Below are positions 28,807 through 38,857 of a stretch of DNA of 64,000 bases, piece after piece. The notes beneath the pieces are model-generated. The model had not been told where the DNA came from, made no database searches, and was given only the letters and a program-made list of their open reading frames with translations. How positions within the stretch are numbered: position 1 is the first letter of the stretch; each line of letters begins with the position of its first letter. The translations under genes were made by a program, and so were the position numbers. The DNA comes from Methylophilaceae bacterium (GTDB taxonomy: Bacteria > Pseudomonadota > Gammaproteobacteria > Burkholderiales > Methylophilaceae): contig SPJO01000124.1 of the NCBI GenBank assembly GCA_006844635.1, forward strand, positions 13,655 through 77,654, read 5' to 3'.

Positions 28807-29883
28807 TTATGCTCCTTCTCGTGTTTGGTAATTTTTACCAACCCATTTTTGATATTCACCACTAGTGACATTATCAACCCATTGTTGATTATCTAAATAC
28901 CAAGCCACGGTTTTTTGTATCCCAGTTTCAAATGTTTCTGCTGGTTTCCAACCCAGTTCCCGCTCAATTTTTGTCGCATCAATTGCATAACGCTGATCGT
29001 GGCCTGGCCTATCCGTCACATAAGTGATTTGATCTCTATAGCTGCCACTCTCTTTTGGTCGCTGTTTGTCAAGCATGTCGCATAAAGTATGTACAACCTC
29101 CAGATTGCTCATTTCATTCCAACCACCAATATTATAGGTTTCACCAATTTTTCCAGCTTCTAGAACACGGCGAATCGCACTGCAGTGGTCGCCTACATAT
29201 AACCAATCACGAACATTGCTACCATCACCATAGATAGGTAAATCTTTACCATTCAATGCATTGTGAATGACGAGTGGAATCAACTTTTCTGGAAAGTGGT
29301 ATGGCCCATAGTTATTTGAGCAGTTTGTGGTGAGCATTGGCATTGCATAGGTATGGTGGTATGCGCGTACCAAATGGTCAGAAGCTGCTTTTGATGCTGA
29401 GTATGGGCTATTCGGCTCATAAGGGTTAGTTTCTTTAAATGCTGGGTCACTAGCGGTTAATGAGCCGTAGACTTCATCCGTAGAAACGTGTAAGAACCTA
29501 AAGTTCTTTTGATCGTCATCTGCAAGCGCATTCCAATAAGCACGCACTTCTTCTAACAAATTGAAAGTACCCACAATATTGGTTTGAATAAATTCACCAG
29601 GCGCATGAATTGAACGATCAACATGACTTTCAGCTGCAAAGTTAAGTATCGCTTTCGGTTGGTGTGTTTTCAGTAGCTCTGCAATAACTTCGCGATCACC
29701 AATATCTGCCTGAACAAAAACATGGTTATCATTTTCTTGAATGGCTGATAAGTTTTCCAAGTTACCCGCATAGGTTAACTTATCTAAGTTAACCACCTTA
29801 CCTAAACCTAGCTGAACCCATGCATTGACAAAATTGCTGCCAATAAAACCTGCACCACCCGTTACCACAATACAATTATTCAT
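28807..29883 (-). CDS. rfbB: dTDP-glucose 4,6-dehydratase
   Basis: 358-aa ATG ORF with '[12 protein letters not shown]', 'HVSTDEVYG' and '[12 protein letters not shown]'. Confidence 0.95.
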   Translation of the reverse strand: MNNCIVVTGGAGFIGSNFVNAWVQLGLGKVVNLDKLTYAGNLENLSAIQENDNHVFVQADIGDREVIAELLKTHQPKAILNFAAESHVDRSIHAPGEFIQTNIVGTFNLLEEVRAYWNALADDDQKNFRFLHVSTDEVYGSLTASDPAFKETNPYEPNSPYSASKAASDHLVRAYHHTYAMPMLTTNCSNNYGPYHFPEKLIPLVIHNALNGKDLPIYGDGSNVRDWLYVGDHCSAIRRVLEAGKIGETYNIGGWNEMSNLEVVHTLCDMLDKQRPKESGSYRDQITYVTDRPGHDQRYAIDATKIERELGWKPAETFETGIQKTVAWYLDNQQWVDNVTSGEYQKWVGKNYQTREGA

Positions 29884-29913
29884 TTTTTACCTATATTTAT
29901 GTTTAAAAACTAA

Positions 29914-30594
29914 TTACCAATTCGTTTTAACAACTTCGCCCATATTCTGCAAATACTGCTCATGTGCCGCAATTTCTGCTTCATCTGCCATGACTACATT
30001 TAATTCGCCTCTACGCTGTTCAATAGCAACACTGTCAATTGCATCAGCTGCATGCTCCATATCGATCATTAGGCTATCTTGGCCGCGCGTCAACGCCATA
30101 TAGACCTCTGCCAACAGCTCAGAATCTAATAAAGCCCCGTGCAACGTCCGCTTCGAGTTATCAATATCAAAGTGTCGACATAAAGCATCTAAATTATTAC
30201 GTTGCCCTGGCCGCGCATCTTTTGCCATCTTGAGCGTATCCGTAATTTTATCGCAAATTTCTTGCACTGGCTGTAGCCCAAGTCGGCCTAGTTCACTATT
30301 CAAAAAGCCAACATCAAACGGTGCGTTATGAATAATCACCTCACTCCCGCTTACATACTCACAAAATTCTTCAGCAATTTGCTCAAACAAAGGCTTATCT
30401 TGGAGGAATTCCTGCGTAATACCATGCACCTCTTGTGCGGCTGCATCGATTTCACGTTGTGGGTTAATGTATTGATGATAATGATTGCCTGTTGGCCGGC
30501 GATTAATGGTTTCAACAGCTGCGATTTCGATAATACGATGGCCTTGATCTGGATACAAACCAGTCGTTTCAGTATCTAAAAATATTTGCCGCAT
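29914..30594 (-). CDS. dnaQ: DNA polymerase III epsilon subunit (3'-5' proofreading exonuclease)
   Basis: 226-aa ATG ORF with Exo I 'IFLDTETTGL', Exo II 'IIHNAPFDVGFL' and Exo III 'HGALLDSELLAEVY'. Confidence 0.9.
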   Translation of the reverse strand: MRQIFLDTETTGLYPDQGHRIIEIAAVETINRRPTGNHYHQYINPQREIDAAAQEVHGITQEFLQDKPLFEQIAEEFCEYVSGSEVIIHNAPFDVGFLNSELGRLGLQPVQEICDKITDTLKMAKDARPGQRNNLDALCRHFDIDNSKRTLHGALLDSELLAEVYMALTRGQDSLMIDMEHAADAIDSVAIEQRRGELNVVMADEAEIAAHEQYLQNMGEVVKTNW

Positions 30595-30617
30595 ATGGAT
30601 TCTATTATTTTCAATGT

Positions 30618-31073
30618 TTATATTGACGATTGCTGTGTTAGCACTTGTTCAACACCTGCATTGGCTAGTTCATCAGCACGTTCATTACCGACATTACCTG
30701 CATGGCCTTTAACCCAAAGCCATTCTATCTGATGTTGCGTTGAGAGACTATCTAATTGCTGCCATAAATCAGCATTTTTCACTGGTTTTTTACTCGCTGT
30801 TCGCCAGTTTTTGGCTTTCCATCCATCCAGCCACTCTGTCATTCCCTTTTGAACATAAGATGAATCCGTGTAAAGCTTTACCTGACTCGGTTTTTTTAGC
30901 GCTTCTAATGCACGAATAACGGCAAGCAACTCCATTCGATTGTTGGTGGTATTATTCTCTCCACCAAAAATTTCTTTTTCATTGTCACGGTGTTTTAACC
31001 ATGCTCCCCAACCGCCAACACCAGGGTTTCCTTTGCACGCGCCATCCGTATATATCTCAATAAAATCCGTCAT
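30618..31073 (-). CDS. rnhA: Ribonuclease HI
   Basis: 151-aa ATG ORF with '[17 protein letters not shown]', 'TNNRMEL' and '[18 protein letters not shown]'. Confidence 0.95.
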   Translation of the reverse strand: MTDFIEIYTDGACKGNPGVGGWGAWLKHRDNEKEIFGGENNTTNNRMELLAVIRALEALKKPSQVKLYTDSSYVQKGMTEWLDGWKAKNWRTASKKPVKNADLWQQLDSLSTQHQIEWLWVKGHAGNVGNERADELANAGVEQVLTQQSSI

Positions 31074-31811
31074 TTATAATTTCTCGTCATCTTTCCTTGA
31101 TTTTTGTGTTTCATGCTTTTTATGACCGCCAATCGCCAAACCTGGTCGCAACAAACTACGCTTCCAGCTAGGCTTTAAGAAGGTAATATTAACTACCCGT
31201 TTTTTAGCGACAATCACATATCGACCGCCCATTCTTGGCCACCAATTTGCCCCAAGACTTTCCAGCAAAGAAAAACGTTTTAACCACCGGCTATTATTAA
31301 TCGGTAATTCGTAACCAAAAAACTGCACCTCTACAAACTCCAAATTCAGTAGTTTCAACCAGTCCTTTATGCGTGATAGAGAGAAAAACTGCCCACACCA
31401 CGGGTAATTATCTTTTTTAGCAAAAAACTTCCTAATGCCCCAAGCGCTATAGGGGTTGAACACGGTCATTATCAAATAACCCTCCGGTACAAGTACCCTA
31501 GAGGCTTCTCTCAGTGTCTGATGTGGGTTATCGCTAAATTCAAGCGCATGTGGCAAGCATAACAAATCGACAGTATTTTCAGCAAAAGGCAGATAACCGC
31601 TTTCACAGCGTAAATCACCTTTTTTATTACCTGCTGAAACAATATGGGCAATGCGTGAATTCTTTAAGCAATCGATATGCAGCATCCCAACTTGTACGGC
31701 ATGAAAACCAAAAACGTCCGCAACTGCGAGGTCATACAGTTCCTGCTCTTTTGCCAGCAAACGTTTCCCTAGCGTGGTATCTACCCAAGTATCTTGTTTG
31801 TGTATACGCAT
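31074..31811 (-). CDS. Class I SAM-dependent methyltransferase (YafS-like by position)
   Basis: 245-aa ATG ORF with Methyltransf_11-like segments ('VDLLCLPHALEF', 'RVLVPEGYLIMTVFNP'). Its stop abuts the rnhA start and it is divergent from gloB, as in E. coli (gloB/yafS/rnhA). Confidence 0.7.
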   Translation of the reverse strand: MRIHKQDTWVDTTLGKRLLAKEQELYDLAVADVFGFHAVQVGMLHIDCLKNSRIAHIVSAGNKKGDLRCESGYLPFAENTVDLLCLPHALEFSDNPHQTLREASRVLVPEGYLIMTVFNPYSAWGIRKFFAKKDNYPWCGQFFSLSRIKDWLKLLNLEFVEVQFFGYELPINNSRWLKRFSLLESLGANWWPRMGGRYVIVAKKRVVNITFLKPSWKRSLLRPGLAIGGHKKHETQKSRKDDEKL

Positions 31812-31880
31812 TTAATGATTGACAAAAATTCTAATAAATCCAATAGTTGTTGTTTTCAGTTAATAATCATTGCCCACTAG

Positions 31881-32645
31881 ATGTCTATCGAAACATTATC
31901 AATAGTGCCTATTCCAGCTTTTGAGGACAATTATATATGGCTTTTACACAATAGGTACGATGCTGTTGTAATCGATCCAGGTGATGCTCAACCCGTTATT
32001 GATATGCTGGAAAAGCATTCGCTAAAGCTCCGCGCCATATTAATTACACATCATCATTCAGACCATATCGGCGGGGTCGAAACACTCATTGAACAATTTT
32101 CACCCCAAGTTTATGCACCACAATACGAACAATATCCATTTCAGCATATTTCACTCAGTGCTGGCGACCAGATCACCCTAGCGCCGCTGAAGCTATCATT
32201 CGAAGTTTTATGGTTGCCAGGGCATACTCTAGGGCACATTGCGTATGTCAATGCAGATTATTTATTCTGCGGTGATGTCTTATTTGGCGCAGGCTGCGGT
32301 CGCTTATTTGAAGGTACCCCTGAACAGATGCTTCAGTCCTTGAAGCAATTAAAAACACTCAGTGCTGGCATCAACGTTTACTGCACACATGAGTATACCG
32401 CACACAATATTAATTTTGCATTAACACTAGAACCCGACAACCTAGACTTACAACAACGAAAAGCTGATGTTGAGCATTTAAGGCAACAAATGCTTCCCAG
32501 CTTACCTAGTACCGTAGACCTAGAATTGAGAACAAACCCTTTCTTACGCTGTACACAAACCAGCATTATTGAAAATTCACATGCTGACAAAGAAGATGAA
32601 CTATCTGTATTTAGCAAAATAAGGGCACTAAGAAATCATTATTAA
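31881..32645 (+). CDS. gloB: Hydroxyacylglutathione hydrolase (glyoxalase II)
   Basis: 254-aa ATG ORF with the metallo-beta-lactamase motif 'ITHHHSDHIGG', 'PGHTLGHI' and 'CTHEYT'. Confidence 0.9.
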   Translation: MSIETLSIVPIPAFEDNYIWLLHNRYDAVVIDPGDAQPVIDMLEKHSLKLRAILITHHHSDHIGGVETLIEQFSPQVYAPQYEQYPFQHISLSAGDQITLAPLKLSFEVLWLPGHTLGHIAYVNADYLFCGDVLFGAGCGRLFEGTPEQMLQSLKQLKTLSAGINVYCTHEYTAHNINFALTLEPDNLDLQQRKADVEHLRQQMLPSLPSTVDLELRTNPFLRCTQTSIIENSHADKEDELSVFSKIRALRNHY

Positions 32646-32747
32646 TCAAAATGATAATAAATAAACATGAAGTATAACTTTTACTTGACTATCCGCTATT
32701 GCACCGATAGTATTACCTCCAATATTTTTTGGTAAATACCTAATTTT

Positions 32748-34364
32748 ATGCAGAAAAGCACGCAACACTTAGCGCTTAATCACGTATGGCAAAGTATCCG
32801 AAGTGACTACTTTGCAATAGCATTGATTGTTTTCTGTGCTGCCTTTACCTCACAAGCACTTGCGCAGACCAATGCGAAAGGTGTCACACTTGAATTTCTG
32901 ATTGAAGATGTTATCGAAGAAACGGTAACAGACATTCACGTATCAACAGATAGCACAAAAGAAGTAACAGCCTCTGAACTACCGCCGTTACAAGCAGAAC
33001 CAGGTAACATTTGGTTACGCATTCAAGCGGGTTATGCAATGCCCGACATCATTTCACCCTATACCGCTAAATATGAACGGCTATACGCTTCAAAGCCAGA
33101 ATATGTTGCACAAATGATGTCGCGCAGCCAAAAATACCTATTCTATGTAGTAGAAGAAGTAGAAAAGCGTGGCATGCCGATGGAAATTGCATTACTCCCG
33201 ATGATAGAGAGTGCATATAACCCAAAAGCCATATCACGTAGCAAAGCCGTTGGCATTTGGCAGTTTATGCCAGCCACTGGTAAACACTTTGGCTTAAAGC
33301 AAAATTGGTGGTCAGATCATCGCAGAGATGTTGTCGCATCAACTGATGCTGCGTTGAGCTATTTAGAGAAATTACATGGGATGTTCGGTAGCTGGGATTT
33401 AGCATTAGCTGCCTATAATGCTGGAGAAGGTACCGTTGGCCGCGCGATTGCAAAAAATCAAAAACGAGGCTTGCCTACTAACTACCAAAGTTTAAAACTA
33501 CCCTTAGAAACAACACATTACGTTCCAAAACTGCAAGCAATTAAGAATATTGTCAACAACCCTGATCAGTATGGCTTATTCATTGCACCGATTCCTGATG
33601 AAGCGTATTTTGCGGAAATTGATGCGCCAGCACAAATTGACGCCAAACTAGCCGCACAACTAGCAGGGATTTCAGGTGATGAGTTTGCACTACTCAACCC
33701 ACGCTTTAATCGACCTGTTGTAGCGTCAAAGCAGAGCACACATAAGATACTGCTGCCAATTGATTCAATTGAGCACTTTGAACAAAATTTAAATACACAT
33801 GACCAATCATTAATTAGTTGGAAAATCTATAGCGCCAAACGTGGTGAGCGTGTCGCAAGCATTGCGAAGAAATTCAATATCAATACAAAAAAACTACGTA
33901 AAATCAATAGCCTGCCTAAACAGCGCACGCTAAGTAAAAACTTGCATATTCTCGTCCCAGCCAAAGCATCAGAATCACATCAAATCAATGTTGCGAAACT
34001 ATCAAAGCAAAAGCTTAGAAGCAACAGCCGAACGCGACATGTTAAGCATCGAATTAAACGTGGTGAAACTCTGAGTGCCCTTGCTAAACGCTACGGCACC
34101 AATACACGAGCATTAATGCGATTAAACCGCTTAAAATCGACTAGGCTAAAAATCGGGCAGGTTATTAAAGTCAAAGGCAAACCATCGCGCGCCAGACACG
34201 TTAAACACAAAATTAAACGTGGTGAAACACTGAGTGCACTGGCTAAGCGTTATGGTACGAATACGAGAGCGCTGATGAAATTAAACCGTTTAAAATCAAC
34301 CAAGCTAAAAATCGGCCAAGTCATTAAAGTTAAAGGTAAGCGCAGACGTACCAAGCGAATTTAA
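32748..34364 (+). CDS. mltD: Membrane-bound lytic murein transglycosylase D-like (SLT domain plus three LysM domains)
   Basis: 538-aa ATG ORF with a signal or anchor segment, an SLT catalytic region ('MIESAYNPKAISRSKAVGIWQFMPATG', 'AAYNAGEG') and three C-terminal LysM repeats. Confidence 0.85.
   Translation: MQKSTQHLALNHVWQSIRSDYFAIALIVFCAAFTSQALAQTNAKGVTLEFLIEDVIEETVTDIHVSTDSTKEVTASELPPLQAEPGNIWLRIQAGYAMPDIISPYTAKYERLYASKPEYVAQMMSRSQKYLFYVVEEVEKRGMPMEIALLPMIESAYNPKAISRSKAVGIWQFMPATGKHFGLKQNWWSDHRRDVVASTDAALSYLEKLHGMFGSWDLALAAYNAGEGTVGRAIAKNQKRGLPTNYQSLKLPLETTHYVPKLQAIKNIVNNPDQYGLFIAPIPDEAYFAEIDAPAQIDAKLAAQLAGISGDEFALLNPRFNRPVVASKQSTHKILLPIDSIEHFEQNLNTHDQSLISWKIYSAKRGERVASIAKKFNINTKKLRKINSLPKQRTLSKNLHILVPAKASESHQINVAKLSKQKLRSNSRTRHVKHRIKRGETLSALAKRYGTNTRALMRLNRLKSTRLKIGQVIKVKGKPSRARHVKHKIKRGETLSALAKRYGTNTRALMKLNRLKSTKLKIGQVIKVKGKRRRTKRI
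34035..34340 (+). repeat. Tandem duplication of a LysM module inside mltD
   Basis: Copy 1 starts at 34035 and copy 2 at 34194 (159-nt period). Over 49 aligned codons, 46 residues are identical and 3 are R->K changes, while 31 of 147 nucleotides differ (hand count). Confidence 0.9.
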
Positions 34365-34417
34365 GTGGCGCAACAACAGGCTATAATAAGCTTAAGTTAA
34401 CTCCTTAGACAGTAGGC

Positions 34418-36094
34418 ATGACAACGCTTTCATTGCTAAATACGCCATCAATCAAGAAAACCTTACCCCTAATAGGCCTGCTATTAGCATCACTGCTATT
34501 GACTGCTTGTAGTAACCCGCAAAACGAGGCAGTTGATTACAGTCAGCAGTTCCCTGTTGCCGATGGTGGGACTATGGTGGATGCCATGATTGGTGAGCCA
34601 ACAGGTTTGATTTTCATGGTGTCAGGAGACTCGGCCTCATCTGCTATTACCGCCAAAATATTTAACAGTTTACTTACCTACAATGGTGACTTGGATTTAA
34701 AAGGTGAGTTAGCCGAAAACTGGTCAATCTCTCAAGATCAAAAAACCATTACCTTTACCCTCAAAAAGAATCTCAAATGGGCCGATGGAAAACCACTCAC
34801 TAGCCACGATGTGTTATTTACATGGCAGTTGATTACGAATGAAGCAACGCGCAGCCCATATGCATCAGACTTTCAGTTGGTCAAAAAAGCTGAAGCACCA
34901 ACCCCCCTCACCTTTACAGTCACCTATGCACAAGCTTACGCCCCAGCGCTTGATAGCTGGGCTAGTTTACAAATCCTACCGGAGCACTTACTTAAAGGGC
35001 AAGACATACACACGACGGTTTTTGCCAGGAAACCAATTGGCAGCCACCACTATCAATTAGACGATTGGCAACAAGGAGAGCATATTAAGCTTTCTCGTAA
35101 CCCGCTAGCTGTATTAGGCCCAGCCCATATTGAGCACTTAGTCACCCGCATTATTCCGGATAAATCTGCCCAATTTCTAGAACTGATGGCAGGCCATATA
35201 GACAGCATGGGCTTAGATCCCATTAAATACTCAAGGGTGATTCCAGCACGGCCAGCACTGAAGAAAAAACTAAACCTATACAAAGAGCTAGGCAACAGCT
35301 ACACCTACCTCGGGTTTAACTTAAAGCGTAAACCATTTGATGATGTACGCGTACGCAAAGCCATCAACTATGCGATTGATAAGCAAGAAATCATTGATGG
35401 CGTTTACCTAGGCTTAGGGATTAATATTGCCTCACCTTATAAGCCTGGCACACGTTGGAGCAACCCTACATTAACGCCCTACGCATATAATCCTGAAAAA
35501 GCACGTAGCTTATTAAAGGAAGCAGGCTTTAGCGATAGCGATGGCGATGGTGTTTTAGAGTTAAATGGTAAGCCTTTTGCTTTCGAGATTGTTACCAACC
35601 AAAACAAAGAACGTGAAAAATCAGCTGTAATTATCCAAAGAAGACTAAAAGAAATAGGCATCGAAGTCAGGATACGTGCAATTGAATGGGCTAGTTTCAT
35701 TAGTCGCTTCATCAATACAGGTGATTTTGATGTTGTGATTTTAGGCTGGGGGTTAGGCTTAGACCCAGACCAATATAATATTTGGCACTCTAGCCAACAA
35801 GCACCGGGGCAGTTTAACTTCGTGGGTTATCATAACCCCAAAGTGGACGAACTCTTAGAAAAAGGCCGCACTGAAATGAACCCAGATAGGCGTATGGCGA
35901 TTTATCATGACTTTGCTAAAGAACTGCTAGAAGACAGCCCGATTGTTTATCTATCTGCAGGCTATGGCCTAACAGCTATACACAAACGCATTCAAGGTGT
36001 AGCAGATCCAGTGCCAGCTGCTGGTGTCGGCTATGATTCACATCGTTGGTATATTCCGCAGCGTTACCGTCAAAATCAAATCAGTGAGCACTAA
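34418..36094 (+). CDS. ABC transporter substrate-binding protein, family 5 (peptide/nickel type), lipoprotein
   Basis: 558-aa ATG ORF with lipobox 'LLLTAC' and a full-length SBP_bac_5-like sequence ('LLTYNGDL', 'WADGKPLTSHDV', 'YLGFNLKRKPFDD'). Confidence 0.85.
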   Translation: MTTLSLLNTPSIKKTLPLIGLLLASLLLTACSNPQNEAVDYSQQFPVADGGTMVDAMIGEPTGLIFMVSGDSASSAITAKIFNSLLTYNGDLDLKGELAENWSISQDQKTITFTLKKNLKWADGKPLTSHDVLFTWQLITNEATRSPYASDFQLVKKAEAPTPLTFTVTYAQAYAPALDSWASLQILPEHLLKGQDIHTTVFARKPIGSHHYQLDDWQQGEHIKLSRNPLAVLGPAHIEHLVTRIIPDKSAQFLELMAGHIDSMGLDPIKYSRVIPARPALKKKLNLYKELGNSYTYLGFNLKRKPFDDVRVRKAINYAIDKQEIIDGVYLGLGINIASPYKPGTRWSNPTLTPYAYNPEKARSLLKEAGFSDSDGDGVLELNGKPFAFEIVTNQNKEREKSAVIIQRRLKEIGIEVRIRAIEWASFISRFINTGDFDVVILGWGLGLDPDQYNIWHSSQQAPGQFNFVGYHNPKVDELLEKGRTEMNPDRRMAIYHDFAKELLEDSPIVYLSAGYGLTAIHKRIQGVADPVPAAGVGYDSHRWYIPQRYRQNQISEH

Positions 36095-36097
36095 ACG

Positions 36098-37120
36098 ATG
36101 CTTAAATACTTGATCAAACGTATATTGTGGATGGTGCCAATACTGATTGGCATCAGCCTAATTTCATTCTTTATCATGCACCTAGCACCTGGTGACATCA
36201 CAAGCAACGAAGCGGCCTTCAACCCAGAAACCAGTGAAGAATCACGCCAAAAACTAAGAGAACTCTACAACTTAGACAAACCCGTCATCGTGCAATATGG
36301 CCTTTGGCTAAAGCGCATGGTGAAACTTGACTTTGGTCATTCATTCAAATCACACCAAAAACCAGTCTTTCTTGGCACGACAGATAAGGATGGCAATTAT
36401 ACAAAAGGCCTAATCGAGCAAGCCCTTCCCATTACATTGATGATCAATCTATTAGGGCTTGCGATTACCCTATTACTGGCAATCCCACTCGGGGTATTGT
36501 CTGCGCGAAAATATCAACAATGGCAAGATAAATCTATCACTTTATTTAACTTTATTGGCTTTTCTATTCCCGGCTTTTGGTTATCTTTATTGCTGATGTA
36601 CTGGCTTGGCGTTGTTAATGACTGGCTACCTATTTCGGGCTTGCATAACTTAAATTACGAACACCTTGATACATGGGGGAAAATAAAAGACACAGCAAGC
36701 CATTTGGTGCTTCCTGTACTTATCCCCTCGATTACAGGATTAGCCAGCATCACATTATTTGTGAAAAATGGCATGCTCGATGTCTTACACCAGGATTACA
36801 TTACGACTGCTCGAGCAAAAGGCTTAACGGAACACAAGGTTGTGTACACTCACGCCTTACGGAATGCCCTATTACCTTTAATTACGATTATTGGTCTGTC
36901 GATTCCCGGCTTAATCGGCGGCTCGGTTATTTCAGAAACTATTTTCGCCATTGATGGTATGGGCAAATTGTTTTTCGATGCTGTCACCAGTCGTGACTTT
37001 CCAGTTGTCATGGGCATCCTCACCATAGGCTCAGCTTTAACCCTGCTAGGCAATTTAATTGCTGACATTGCCTATGCTTGGGCAGACCCTAGGGTTCGAC
37101 GTGGTGTGGCGAGGGGTTAG
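36098..37120 (+). CDS. ABC transporter permease (DppB/OppB/SapB-like)
   Basis: 340-aa ATG ORF with 6 TM helices and the EAA-loop region 'TARAKGLTEHKVVYTHALRNALLPLIT'. Confidence 0.85.
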   Translation: MLKYLIKRILWMVPILIGISLISFFIMHLAPGDITSNEAAFNPETSEESRQKLRELYNLDKPVIVQYGLWLKRMVKLDFGHSFKSHQKPVFLGTTDKDGNYTKGLIEQALPITLMINLLGLAITLLLAIPLGVLSARKYQQWQDKSITLFNFIGFSIPGFWLSLLLMYWLGVVNDWLPISGLHNLNYEHLDTWGKIKDTASHLVLPVLIPSITGLASITLFVKNGMLDVLHQDYITTARAKGLTEHKVVYTHALRNALLPLITIIGLSIPGLIGGSVISETIFAIDGMGKLFFDAVTSRDFPVVMGILTIGSALTLLGNLIADIAYAWADPRVRRGVARG

Positions 37121-37121
37121 C

Positions 37122-37958
37122 ATGAATAGCAATTTATTCAATAAAGTGCTTGAAAATCCACTATCAAAAGCAGGCTTTGTGATTATCGTCAGCATTTTTC
37201 TATTAGCTATGCTAGCGCCATTAATTGCACCGTATGACCCGAACGACTTTGACGTCAAATCCATCTTACTAGCACCCTCTTGGCAACACTGGATGGGTAC
37301 TGATGGTTTAGGCAGAGATGTGTTCAGTCGCATGCTCTATGGTGGCAGGGTTTCACTACTCGTTGGCTTTGTAGCGGTTGGTATTTCTACAGCAATTGGT
37401 ATTATCCTAGGCGCATTAGCTGGTTATTACCGTGGCTGGGTCGATACGGTGATTATGCGACTCGTCGATGTCATGCTATCTATTCCGAGTTTCTTTCTAA
37501 TTCTAGCGGTTATTGCATTCCTCACGCCCTCTATTATCAATATTATGGTCGTGATCGGCCTGACCTCTTGGATGAGCGTCACGCGCCTAGTCCGTGCTGA
37601 GTTTTTAAGCTTAAATGACCGTGAATTCATTATGGCCTCGCGCACCTTGGGCGCGAAAGATGCTCGCATCATTTTTAGTCATTTACTACCCAATAGTCTT
37701 ACTCCAATTATCGTTAGTGCAGTATTAGGTGTCGCCGGTGCTGTGTTAATGGAATCAGGCCTCAGCTTTCTAGGCTTAGGCGTACAACCCCCTCACGCAT
37801 CATGGGGAAACATCCTGACGGATGGTAAGGAATATATCCAATTCGCATGGTGGTTGTCGCTCTTCCCTGGTATGGCGATTTTGATCACCGTGTTAGGGTA
37901 TAATCTACTCGGAGAAGGATTACGTGATGCCTTAGATCCAAGGAGTGAAGCTAAGTAG
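37122..37958 (+). CDS. ABC transporter permease (DppC/OppC/SapC-like)
   Basis: The ORF track starts at 37059, inside the upstream gene. I use ATG 37122 ('MNSNLFNKV...'), 1 nt after the upstream stop. It has an OppC_N-like N-terminus and the EAA loop 'ASRTLGAKDARIIFSHLLPNSLTPIIV'. Confidence 0.85.
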   Translation: MNSNLFNKVLENPLSKAGFVIIVSIFLLAMLAPLIAPYDPNDFDVKSILLAPSWQHWMGTDGLGRDVFSRMLYGGRVSLLVGFVAVGISTAIGIILGALAGYYRGWVDTVIMRLVDVMLSIPSFFLILAVIAFLTPSIINIMVVIGLTSWMSVTRLVRAEFLSLNDREFIMASRTLGAKDARIIFSHLLPNSLTPIIVSAVLGVAGAVLMESGLSFLGLGVQPPHASWGNILTDGKEYIQFAWWLSLFPGMAILITVLGYNLLGEGLRDALDPRSEAK

Positions 37959-38001
37959 GTGAAGCGTAAAATAGTAATAACATTATCGATTAGGAAATAA
38001 T

Positions 38002-38787
38002 ATGGGATTTTTAGCAGGAAAAAAAATACTGATTGCTGGTTTGCTAAGTAATCGTTCAATCGCCTACGGTATCGCTAAAGCAATGCATCGTGAGGGTGCT
38101 GAGCTAGCATTTACCTTTCAAGTGGATAAGCACGAAAAACGTGTCAGAGACTTAGCAGCGGACTTCGATTCAACCATTGTACTGCCTTGTGATGTCGCTG
38201 AAGACGCACAAATCGAAGCATTATTCCCTGCCCTGGCAGAGCATTGGGATGGCCTAGATGGCATCGTCCATTCCATTGCTTTCGTACCGAAAGTCGCATT
38301 GGATGGTGACTACTTAGATAATGTCGATCGTGAGTACTTCCGCATTGCACATGATATTAGTTCATACAGCTTTTCAGCGATGGCAAAAGCCGCTTACCCA
38401 ATGATGGAAGGTCGAAATGGCAGCTTGCTGACATTAAGTTATTTAGGGGCTGAACGCACGATGCCTAACTACAATGTCATGGGTGTTGCAAAAGCTAGCT
38501 TAGAAGCCAATGTGCGCTACTTAGCGCAAAGCCTTGGCCCTAGAGGCATTCGCGTCAACGCAGTCTCTGCTGGCCCGATTAAAACCCTAGCAGCATCCGG
38601 CATTAGTGACTTCGACAAAATGATTGGCTTTAATGAGAAGCACGCAGCCATGCGCAGAAACGTCACCATTGAAGAAGTGGGCAATGCTGCGGCATTTTTA
38701 TCAAGCGATTTAGCCTCAGGTATTACCGGTGAGATTACTTATGTCGACGGTGGGATGAATATTACTGCAGCAGGTCAAATTGATTAA
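38002..38787 (+). CDS. fabI: Enoyl-[acyl-carrier-protein] reductase (NADH) FabI
   Basis: 261-aa ATG ORF with '[15 protein letters not shown]', '[24 protein letters not shown]' and '[18 protein letters not shown]'. Confidence 0.95.
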   Translation: MGFLAGKKILIAGLLSNRSIAYGIAKAMHREGAELAFTFQVDKHEKRVRDLAADFDSTIVLPCDVAEDAQIEALFPALAEHWDGLDGIVHSIAFVPKVALDGDYLDNVDREYFRIAHDISSYSFSAMAKAAYPMMEGRNGSLLTLSYLGAERTMPNYNVMGVAKASLEANVRYLAQSLGPRGIRVNAVSAGPIKTLAASGISDFDKMIGFNEKHAAMRRNVTIEEVGNAAAFLSSDLASGITGEITYVDGGMNITAAGQID

Positions 38788-38806
38788 AATTTAACGTAGT
38801 AAATGT

Positions 38807-38845
38807 GCAATAAAAAAGCTGACATATCGTCAGCTTTTTTATTGC
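38807..38845. terminator. Bidirectional intrinsic terminator between convergent fabI and ppiD
   Basis: Perfect 17-bp inverted repeat 'gcaataaaaaagctgac / gtcagcttttttattgc' with a 5-nt loop. Confidence 0.75.
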
Positions 38846-38857
38846 AATCTAGTAGCC

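Noticed and set aside
26482-29883. rfbBACD (dTDP-rhamnose) block as a horizontally acquired island
   Set aside because: There are no flanking mobility genes, tRNA junctions or direct repeats. The block is tightly co-directional with dnaQ/rnhA, and its composition does not look different by eye. I could not compute GC or codon statistics.
37059-37121. 21-aa N-terminal extension of the second ABC permease
   Set aside because: It lies within the end of the first permease gene. ATG 37122, directly after the upstream stop, gives the usual coupled arrangement.
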